A stretch of 64,000 bases of DNA, taken from Octopus sinensis. Taxonomy: Eukaryota. Made by a program: the position numbers and the translations under genes. This document shows positions 54,063-64,000 of this stretch, one piece after another. Below the pieces are notes generated by a model that searched no databases, was not told the DNA's origin, and worked only from the letters and a program-made list of their open reading frames with translations. Positions within the stretch are counted from its first letter, which is position 1; each line of letters starts with the position of its first letter. The stretch is from assembly GCF_006345805.1 (NCBI RefSeq), contig NC_043000.1, positions 87,606,001 through 87,670,000 on the forward strand, read 5' to 3'.

Positions 54063-54127
<65 letters not shown>

Positions 54128-54940
54128 CACATAGTTCTTTAAAGAATATCATTATTCTTTGCAAATAATGTATATTGTATGCAAGATTGAAGATCTATTG
54201 AGTAAGAATGAAATGAAAGATAGTGAGAAAGGAAAACTGTGATCTAGAAAATAAAGGCTGGGAAGAAAGAGAAGTAAAGGGGAACATAATTAAAAGTAAA
54301 AAGCGAAAAACGAAGGAAGACAGATAAGAAAGATTGTCGTTGTAGCATGAAAAGGCCGATATTGAGATTTGAGATTTATGACAAATTAATGAATTAAAAA
54401 AAGGAAGAAAAAGAGGAACGATCTTGTGATGCTATCGAATGAAGATGTGGAAACAATGGAAAATAAATGTAGCATGAATAATCATAGCGGAAACCGTACA
54501 AAAACATAACAAATTAGGAAAAGAGAGTAAGATACGGAGAATAAAGGAGATGATGAGCATACGTAATTAAAAAGAAATAACAATAACAGAGCCTTTAAGC
54601 AGTCATGGTATTGCATTGTTAAGCCGAAAAATTAAACCTAAGGCCAAAAGATAACTAGAACGAGAAGGAAGAATGCTAGAGACTACAGAAATAATTATGA
54701 AAGCTAAGAAAGTAAAGAAGAAGAAGAGGGGGTGGGGAAAGAGAATAGCAGCGAAGATAGAATAATCCAAAATATTCGTTTCATGTTGGAAAACATTTAA
54801 AGATAAAAGGAACCTCTTCATCCGCGCATATATATACATATACATATAAATACATACATACATACATACATACATACACACACACACATACATACATACA
54901 TACATACATACATACATACATACATACATAAATATATATA

Positions 54941-54956
54941 TATAATATAAAATCCG

Positions 54957-54993
<37 letters not shown>

Positions 54994-55333
54994 TTCTAGG
55001 ATCTCGAGCATCCTCCATCCGATTGCGCTCAAATTTGACATGTAGATACCAACGGTATCAGGGCGTGTATAAGTCTTGAAAAAATTACAAAAATCGATTC
55101 CAGGTGAGAATGTGATCGATAAAGCCGTGGGAACGTGCATTTGTAAAATTGTTTTTCTTGGAATAGAAAGAAGTTTATCTTTATTTCTTCTTTTGCTGGT
55201 GTCTCAAATTTAGGTTAAATCAGTGTTTTTCAAAGAGGAGGCCTATAGGACGGTCGGACAAGTTGTTTTGAGAAAATTTGGTTTAAATGTTTGACAACTC
55301 AGCACCGTCCATTGGACGGGGGGCGTTTTGCTC

Positions 55334-55337
<4 letters not shown>
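54941..55337 (+). mobile_element. Non-autonomous Helitron-like element, copy 1
   Basis: 5' TG/TCTG tract, CCGATTGCGCTCAAATTTG, 3' hairpin CCGTCCA-t-TGGACGG then GCTCGT; no TIRs. Confidence 0.6.
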
Positions 55338-55373
<36 letters not shown>

Positions 55374-55429
55374 TATTTACAAGGTGAGCAAAGGTGTACG
55401 TACACCGCTATAAGTATATATAATTTTTT

Positions 55430-55850
55430 TTTAAAAACGGAACAAGAACGCAGCAGGTGACAGCAAAAACATACGGACAGATAGACGATACAAAGTCAGA
55501 CAGGAAAAATCAGGACGGATCATTCGTGTCCCTCTATTCATCAGTCAAGCTTCCAATCATTATCATAGTGTTTGTAATCGTGTAACATTTTCTCCGTTTT
55601 CTCGGTTTTTGTCCGTGTTGTCGTACAGGTTCGCTTGCTTTCTCCCAAAAATGTTATACTCCTAGCTTAGATTTTGGAGGCCTACCAATTTTAAACAGTC
55701 TTGAGTGTGACAGACCAAGGCTGTGATGATGATTGGAAGCTTGACTAAAGAATAAAGGACCACGAATGATCTGTCCTGGTTTTTCCTGTCTGTCTGTGTC
55801 GTCTATCTGTCCGCATGTTTTTGTTGTCTGTTGCGTTTGTGTTCCTTTTT
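55430..55850. mobile_element. Family D module with inverted arms (55430-55570 and 55720-55850)
   Basis: Diverged inverted repeat between (TA)n tracts; CTGATGA on the minus strand near 55537-55543. Confidence 0.65.
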
Positions 55851-55898
55851 TTTTGGTGGGGGGGGGGATATATATATATATATATATGCCATAATAGA

Positions 55899-56095
55899 TC
55901 GTTAGCTCCTACACGCATTTTTTTCTCTCCTTGTTTCTCTCCTTGTTTTTTTTCTATGTGTCTTTCTGTCGAAGAGCGTAGGCTCGAAACGTAAAAGACT
56001 TGTTCTATTTCTATTCCTGAGCGCCATACTAATACATTTGTTTATTTGTACTCCACCTACCTTCGTCTATTGTTTATTTTCGTAAACCTTCCTGT

Positions 56096-56096
<1 letters not shown>
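55899..56096 (+). mobile_element. PLE pLTR module family A (copy 3) with HHR at 55961-55998
   Basis: TCTTT-CTGTCGA-A-GAGC gtag GCTC-GAAAC-GTA-AAAGA, identical to 7730-7767. Confidence 0.8.
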
Positions 56097-56119
<23 letters not shown>

Positions 56120-56126
<7 letters not shown>

Positions 56127-56500
56127 CCATTCTGCCTGTCTGTGTGTGTGTCTTCTAGGATCTCGGTCATCCTCCATCCGATTGCGCTTAAATTTGATAT
56201 GTATATACCGACGGTATCAGGGTGTGTATAAGTCTTGAAAAAATTGAAAAAATCGATTCCAGGTGTGAATGCGATCGATAAAGCCATAGGAACGTGCATT
56301 TGTACGCGCAAGTACATCAGCTGTTGCGATCGATACTACGCGTACGCGAGAAAAATGCACGTGCAGTTTCCGCAAAAATAGCCTGCTGGCTTGAAATAAC
56401 GCTACAAAATGGGACGGTCGGACAAGTTGTCTTGAGAAAATTTGATTTAAATTTTTGACAACTCAGCACCGTCCGTTGGATGGGTGACGTTTTGCTCGTA
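56120..56500 (+). mobile_element. Non-autonomous Helitron-like element, copy 2
   Basis: Both ends match copy 1; middle differs. Confidence 0.6.
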
Positions 56501-57129
56501 TATATATATACGGTTTGATGCTCTTCCTAACGTCAACCACTTCACAGTGTGTACTAGGTGTTTTTCGAAATCGTGGATTCGGTGCTAGTGTAGTCGCCGT
56601 ACAACTTGCGAGACAAACATCTCCTTCGGCAAAGTGGCGCTACAGTGAAAAAGGAAGTGGCTCTATACCAGGAGGGGTCGGAACAGATCGGGTTTCTTGC
56701 TGTGGAAGAGCGACAGGGCTACACTCATTGTAAAAGTGAGGATGAGAATAACTGGGGTGGCCCTAGGAAGAGATCAAAACAGTGGTGATGAGGTGTCAAA
56801 GCTGAACCTCAGGGTACGAGGTGAGTAGGGACAGAAGAGGAACTGTGGGTGGGTAGAGTTGCAAGAGTGCATGGGAGAATGAGAGATGTCTAGCGACATT
56901 GAATGGGTGTGTGGGTAAATATAATAAAAGAATAAGTGCTGATGAGTTATAATTAGAGATGGTAGGGAAAATGAAGAGTAAGTGACAACTGTAAAAATTA
57001 AGTAAGGTTAAAGGGATGACCAATGACAGATGTGATTTGGGTGAAATAAGGGAGAGGTAATGACCGAAACTGTAGTAGAATAGTAATTATAATCAAATAG
57101 TAATGAAGAACAGCATAATAGTAATAATA

Positions 57130-57567
57130 ATCCTTTCTGCAAAAGGTGCAAGGCCTGAAATTTTGGGAGAAGGGACTGGTCGATTACATCAACCCAAGTG
57201 TTTCTCTGCTGCTTAATTTATCGATCCCGGTAGAATGGAAGGCAAATTTGACCTCGGAGGAATTTGAACTCAGAACGTAGCGACGGGCGAAAAACCGCTA
57301 AGCATTTCGTCTAACGATTCTGCCAGCTCGCCGCTTTGACCATAGTAATGATAATCCTTTCTACTATAGGCACAAGGCCTGAAATTTGGGGGAGAAGGAT
57401 AATCGATTACATCGACCCCAGTACTCAACTGGTACATATTTTATCGACTCCGAAAGGATGAAAGACAAACTCGACCTCAGCGGAATTTGAACTCAGGATG
57501 TGAAAACATACGAAATGCCGCTAAGCCTTGTGTCCGGCGTACTAACGATCCTGTCGGCTGGCCGCTT
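57130..57567 (-). mobile_element. Two tandem SINE family B copies (57130-57335 and 57350-57567)
   Basis: Each has the AATCCTTTCT...AGGCCTGAAATTT...GACCTC...GGAATTTGAACTCAG...CGAAA..CCGCTAAGC order. Confidence 0.85.
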
Positions 57568-57645
57568 TGATAATAGTGATAATGATAATGATACAGTAGA
57601 CAGACGAAGAATCAAAGAAAGAGCAGAAGAGAGCGAGTGCGAGAG

Positions 57646-57684
<39 letters not shown>

Positions 57685-57994
57685 TGACATATAAGTGAGA
57701 TGGAAATAAGAGTGAAGACTAGATGTAGAAATGGGGAGAGGCGTATGGTGGTAGGAGAGAGTTAGTATGGTGGTTAAGGAGGGTGATGAATGTAAAATGT
57801 TGTTAGAGAGGACAATATTAAGAAAGATGGATAACGAGTGAAATTGTTTCGAGCAGTAAGAAAGATAAATGATTACAGAGAAGAACTGGTGAAGTATGCA
57901 GTTCTGTTCGTATTTAATTACATCAGTAGAATAGTGTAGTTAGAGCGATGATAGATAGTGGGAATGTTTTGAGGAGGAAATTGGGCCAGGGGTA

Positions 57995-58415
57995 GGGTAG
58001 TAGTTGTGCAGTAAATGACGTTGCTAGAAGTACAGGTAAAAGAGTCAGTCATTTGATAGGGACGATGTTGGGTGCCTGTGAGATGGTGGTGTTGAAGAGG
58101 TAGGGGCAAGTGCGGCAGCGTGGACAGGAGCAAGGAAATGAGTCAGGTTGGGAGATGGGGTTAGGGAAGAAACTGTGAACCAGGGTCACGTAGGTTGTGG
58201 GCTCGTTTGAAGGAAGGTAGAGGTAGGTTGGAGATGTGCGAGATGGAGGGATCGGACTGGAGTCGCCGGAACTTTCGGAGAATGATGCGTTGGAGGGCAA
58301 GGTGAAGGGTTGGTAGGTGAAGGGAAACGGGATACGGGCGGGTAACGATGGTGCGGGTACGGAGAGAGAGAGAAGAGCTATGGTCCACGGAACGTGCTCG
58401 GGCAAGGGCCGTGTG
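57995..58415 (-). mobile_element. PLE fragment (linker and Cys motif before GIY-YIG)
   Basis: LPSFKRAHNLRD, FPCSCPRCRTCP, FTCTSSNVIYC; homologous to 53620-53920. Confidence 0.85.
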
Positions 58416-58419
58416 GATA

Positions 58420-58652
58420 TTTTATTTGATTTGCTTTTCGCAAGAAGGAAAGTTTCTATCGAAGATGCGTCTCGCCTTCACCTTCGAAACGCAGAGTAGA
58501 TGAAACCATGGCGACTGAAGAAGGGTTTTTTTTCCTTGTGTTATTTGTCCTGTACTCTATTTTTTTGTTGTTTAAGAAAAATGTCCAGTTCCTTGGTTTC
58601 GTGTCTATGTTTTCGTTTCTCATTGTGTTCGACGTTTTTTTGATGTCCTGTG
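58420..58652 (+). mobile_element. Repeat family E module (probable inverted pLTR)
   Basis: Reverse-complement homology to 62250-62480 and 62995-63060. Confidence 0.6.
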
Positions 58653-58740
58653 CTCATATATGCGTGTATATATACATGTAGATGTAGGTACGTACATATA
58701 TATGTATATATATATATATGCATATGTTTTATTTATTAAT

Positions 58741-58790
58741 ATACATACATACATACATACATACATACATACATACATACATACATACAT

Positions 58791-58888
<98 letters not shown>

Positions 58889-59000
58889 GGATAGATAGAT
58901 GGATAGATAGATAGATGGATGGATGGATGGATGGATGGATGGATGGATGGATGGATGGATGGATGGATGGATGGATGGATGGATGGATAGATAGATAGAT
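58741..59000. repeat. Compound tetranucleotide array TACA>GACA>GATA>GATG
   Basis: Direct reading. Confidence 0.97.
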
Positions 59001-59429
59001 ATGCATATGCATATGCTTATAGAAATATACGTATATCCAGTATACGCAATTGAGACAGTAACTGATTAAAAGAGCTATCTGTTTATCATACTTAATGTAT
59101 ACACACCGTCGATAGGTTAGTTACTAAACTATTTCTCCTGCGATAAAATCTCTTATGGACTTGCTGTATTAAAAGCACAATAAATAGTAGAGAAAAAGTG
59201 AGAGAGAGATGGGGAAGAGAGGAACATTCGTTCCAGCAGCGGCCAATCATTTGGATCTTTTCAGTAGCGTGCACTCGTGGGCCGTCGTACGCTTGGATGA
59301 GAATTTGTCGTCCCTGATATAGGAAAAAAATAAATAAAAGATGCACTAATGTTAAGAATTGCCTCCTCGCTAATTAAAATCCAGCATACGCAATTGCTGC
59401 TGTATTTAATTAAAATAGCTATCTATGAC

Positions 59430-61310
59430 CGGTAGAGCGGAAATGGAAGAATTGGACAAAAGAGAGGAAGGAGTCTAGTTGTTCGCGGGAGAGCGAAGTC
59501 GCACCAATACTGTCATCAATGTAACGACCGTATATTTCGGGAATGGGACCAGTGAATCTTGAAAATATTTGGGCCTCAACGTAGCCAGCGAACAGGCTCG
59601 CATAGTTGGGGCCTATTCTCGTTCCTGTGGCCACTCCCGAGACTCGTTGCTAAAACTCGCCCGCGAAGGAGAAGCAGTTGAGGGAGATAACAAGTTCGGC
59701 CAGACGAAGAAATGTGGACGTGTCAGGTTGGGAGTTGGGTCGAAGGTCTCGGAAGTGTCTGAGGGTAAGAAGTCCTCCGTGTTATGAGATCACCGTATAT
59801 AGATTCTTGATATCAAGAGTAAAGAGAAGTTTAGAAGGGCCAGGAGGGAAGGAGAAAGAGTTTGAAAAGACGAAGAGCATGGTTTGTGTCGTGGTTGTGC
59901 GAGGGAAGGGAAGCCACTAGGGGCGTAAGTACACGGTCGATGTATTTAGAGATGAGTTCCATGGGGTAGTTACAGGCAGAGACGATGACGCGGCCAGGGT
60001 TGTTGGGTTTGTGGATTTAGGGAAGGAAATAAATGGTATGGGTGCGAGGAGAACGGACAATGAGGTGGGAGGTGGTGAGAGGGAGATGGGAAGAGGATAT
60101 GAGATCATGGATAATGGAGGACAGTCTGTTGGTAGCTAGGTGTAGAGTTTGTGTGTTGAGGACACTAGAAGGAGATGTTTTGAAGTTGGCGGAGAGCTTC
60201 AGGCTTGTAGAGGTTTGCGCGCCACACAACCACGACTCCACTCTTGTCGGACGGTTTTATGATAATGTCTTTGCGGCGTCGGAGACATCGAAAGGATGAG
60301 CGTTCAGCTGGGGAGATGTTCAGATGTCGGGGACGCCCGCGAATGTTAAACCGGTCCACAACACCTTGAAAGATGCCCGCAAAATGATCGACTGCTTGGA
60401 ACTGGCCAGGTGCTAGTGTCCAGTTGGATGGTCGGCGGCCCAGGTCGATGAAGCAGTGTTATGGGATAGTGCATATAGCCTGACACGGCGCACAAAGCCA
60501 TGAATATCAGCACCGGTCTGAAATTCATTACTGGATGGTGTGAGAGGTGGGAAGCGCAGAGCCCTACTAAGAGAGCGCTTCGCCTCAGATGGGGGAAGAT
60601 CAGGAGGAATGGTAACAACAAACTGAAGGGGGTGGGTGGATGGGTTAGATGTGGGAGGGGTGGTGGGTAGTGGAATGCTGGGAGGGAGAGAGAGTGGTGG
60701 GATAAGTGTGTGTAGGGCTTGGAGTGACGGAGGGGTTGTTGTTAGGATGAGGGAAAGTGTATCGGGGTGGGAGGGGTGAGGATAGTGGCATCGGATGTGA
60801 CGGAATGGAGTAGTGAGTGGCGTTTACGTTGTTTAGTGCGAGCGAGAAATTCATGGAAGAGATGATTTAAGTGAATTATGTAATGTAGTGTGCAGAAGAA
60901 GATGAAAGAGGGGAGAAAAGGATGGAATAAGTGAGAGGGAGAAGGTGGTCGATGGTGTGTATTTTAGAGAGATTGGAACGAATGGTGGCATGCATAAGGC
61001 GATAGGAGGTAGTACGGAGTATGGGTAGGATGGCTGAAGAAGAGTGGAAGGTGGGGCTGAAATAGAGGCGGAAACCTTTGAGGATGAGGCGGTGGTGAAC
61101 GTAGCGACTGAGAAATGAATCGTGGCTAGAGAACCGTGTTTTTTTTAAAATTAGTAGGGAAAGATTAATAGAAATTTGAAAGTAGCGGAAAGAGGGTGTG
61201 GAAAGGTGTGCCTTTAGGCGGTGGTAAAGGCGGAGGAGGAAAGATTTGTAATCGGGAATGATTGAAAAAGGAGAAAAAAAGGAGGAGAGCGAAAAGCATA
61301 GTAATGACAT
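59430..61310 (-). mobile_element. PLE 5' region and RT, pseudogenised
   Basis: KDIIIKPSDKSGVVVVW, IYFLPKIHKP...GRVIVS, GVATGTRIGPNYASLF...GRYIDD. Confidence 0.9.
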
Positions 61311-61531
61311 GCGGAGTATAAAAATTCAAAACATTCAAAAGGCGTGAGGAGAAAAAATTCAAAAGGCAGGAGGAGAAGAAAATTAAAAAAAGAAGAGAAA
61401 AAAGAAACGGAGAGAAAAGGAGAAGAAAAGAAGAGAAGACGAAAAGGAAAAGAAAGGGAGTGAGAGAGAGAGAGAGAGAGAGAAAACAGTAAGAAAAACA
61501 GAAAGTTCGCGCGCGCGCGTGTACGATGTCC

Positions 61532-61569
61532 ATCTTTCATATGTTTCCCTAGAGTTTCTTCAGAAAGAT
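61532..61569 (-). ncRNA. Degenerate hammerhead upstream of the PLE ORF
   Basis: ATCTTT-CTGAAGA-aactctagg-GAAAC-ATAT-G-AAAGAT; perfect 6-bp stem I, cleavage triplet deleted. Confidence 0.5.
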
Positions 61570-61985
61570 TCACCTATTCAAACAAAATGTGTAACTAAAT
61601 AAAGGATATATTATTTCATATGAAAATATGAGAATGAACGAGACGTAATTCTTATTTCCGAAACAATGAGAAATATAAGTGATGTGCAGTTTCTGAATGA
61701 ATATGATTTAAATTGATAGGGAAAAACTAGAGAAACACCTTGGCAACTATCAGAAAGAAAGAGTGAAGGTTCAGAATCTAAAGGGAGGGGGAAGACAAGA
61801 AAGTGAGAATTGACTGAAGAGAACAACAAAGTCATGGTTGACGTAGTTAATAAGGTCTATGTACACTTATGCGCGCGCACACACATACACACAAATGCGC
61901 ACGCATTATACATTTATATATATGCGTGTGTACTGTACTCGTGTATTTGTGAATATATATATGCACACATAATATAATATAATAT

Positions 61986-61986
61986 A

Positions 61987-62030
<44 letters not shown>

Positions 62031-62066
62031 TATATATATATGTATATAATATATATATATATATAT

Positions 62067-62158
<92 letters not shown>

Positions 62159-62250
62159 ATATATATATTATATATAATATATATATATGTAATATAAATT
62201 ATATATACTTACATATATGTACACATATATGTATTTATACATGTATATAT
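61986..62250. repeat. (TA)n-rich microsatellite
   Basis: Direct reading. Confidence 0.97.
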
Positions 62251-62880
62251 GGGCACAGGACATAAAAAACATTGAACACAATGAGAAACGAAAACATAAA
62301 AACAAAAACGTAGAAAACGAACTTTTTTTTCGAACAACGAAAAATACAAACAGAGAAACGAGCCATGCAACATAAAAATATTCCCCTTCATCAGTTGTCC
62401 CCGTTCCATCTACTCAGCTTTCGAAGGCAAGGACAATACGCGACTTCATTTGAAACAATCCTTCCCGCAAAGGAAATTAAATAAAAATTTGGGATTCTTT
62501 TGCGGAGGGTGAAAGTGGTAACAAAAACAGGACAGTGAGAACAAGACTGTAAAAACAAACGGTGAGGGTTGTTAAGCCAAGACGATAGAACAATTATTAT
62601 GAACGCTAGGAGGACGATCTTATGAGGGGAGACAGGTATAAGCACGTGTTGTCTTTAGGAAGGAAATGGGCAGAAAAATAGATTCCCTTTCATCACGTGT
62701 CAGCGTCGGGAGAGTCAAGGAGGAAGAGTGAGAGAAAGGGAACGGTGAAGAGGAGAGGAGAATAATAGGGAAGGGTGGGAGAGAAAACCAGAAAGGATGA
62801 AGAACATGAAAGGGAGAGAGATAGACAAAAAAGAGATAGTAGTGCGCATCATAATTATTAAAATAAAACTTACTTTGGAA
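62250..62880 (-). mobile_element. Repeat family E module
   Basis: Homologous to 58420-58652; CT-rich leader on the minus strand. Confidence 0.55.
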
Positions 62881-63061
62881 AAGTATGCGTGGCGTTCGAT
62901 TATATAATAATATAAATAATATATCAATATATGCATATATACATGCATATATGTATATACCTACATATATATGTATATATGCATGCATATATGGGTACAG
63001 GACATAAAAAAAACGTTGAACGTAATGAGAAACCAAAACATAAAAAACAAAAACATAGAAT

Positions 63062-63354
63062 ACGTCATTATCCGTAAAATTCGGCCACTTATGAAGATCT
63101 TTAGTCCAATCTGATTTCAGCACATTAGGATCAGATAAAGCTTCACGGAGAGGAGTTACAAGTTTCTGCTTATTCCGATCTAAAGCACACTTCTCGTCTG
63201 TTGATTTTAATTCATTGACATTCTTTATCGACAGAATTTTAATACCTTTTAACCTTTCAACCAAATCCGCCTTTTTTCCAGTAACATACTGTCCATGTAA
63301 TCGCAAATAATTCTTTAATTCGAGCTGCTTAATATTCATGATATGACATGACAC
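63062..63354 (-). pseudogene. SAP-domain protein N-terminal fragment, probably of DNA-transposon origin
   Basis: LELKNYLRLHGQYVTGKKADLVERL fits the SAP consensus; followed by WTKDLHKWPNFT; truncated by a family E repeat at about 63060. Confidence 0.55.
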
Positions 63355-64000
63355 ACAACAACAATGGCGTGGGTAGCCCGCAGAAGTAGAATTGTCTGCA
63401 TGGAGAGCCGCCTAACCAAGGGAGATAATCTACTTATCGGGCCTCAAAATTTATTTCCTCTTATTTTACAATTTCATACAGAATATTTTTATGGTCTTAA
63501 GGATCTACACGTATTTCCACTGCACAGATTACGAGCAATTGCAATTACAACCCGGCATAATTTTCAGTGCAGCTACTTCAGGGTCTTTCCATTCGACTAG
63601 TTTCGAAGCGAACTGAGTGGAGTTAGTTGTTTGTCAGTTATGGTTCGGGGGGGGGGGGCGTGGTCTTTTGAAACTGAAATCTGATCCGTTTGTAGGCTTG
63701 CCCAGATTCACACCAGTGACTGTCCGAAGTTAGGATTTGATACAATTGAATCATGGACGCACACAGATAGATTCCATCTACGTACATTCTTCTGTGAACC
63801 CCTATTAAAAATTCCCTTACAAAAAGGCTGACACATCCAATTACTAAGGTTTTAAATACTGGGCATTATATATTTGACCTTTTTATTATCAAAGCAATGG
63901 ATTAAATCCAACGAAACTAAAAATTACAAAAACTACTGACATATCCACTACATACCTAACCAAAGGGCAACACACCTCTTTATACACACTCGCTTGCAAA

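Overview
Eukaryotic, AT-rich, microsatellite-saturated intergenic or intronic DNA. The SINE families and the (TA)n/(TACA)n/(CA)n load look like an octopus (coleoid cephalopod) genome, which is inferred from recalled repeat sequences and not verified. No host gene can be firmly called, and nearly all ORFs in the supplied track are microsatellite artefacts. Supported content: three tRNA-derived SINE families; a young 5'-truncated CR1-like LINE with an intact RT ORF; R4/Dong-like, Tx1/L1-like and Jockey/CR1-like LINE remnants; mariner elements and a mariner MITE; Helitron-like elements; and many Penelope-like element (PLE) fragments (RT, GIY-YIG). The most striking unannotated signal is about 20 hammerhead-ribozyme (HHR) motifs, intact or degenerate, from many different sequence families. 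They sit in short PLE pseudo-LTR (pLTR) or retrozyme-like modules wedged between (TA)n tracts, often as inverted repeats. They show palindromic stem III, covarying stem I, unusual core variants (A6U, extra A10), very long structured stem-II insertions and a possible circularly permuted (type II) form. All folds were paired by eye, and coordinates of degraded elements are approximate.
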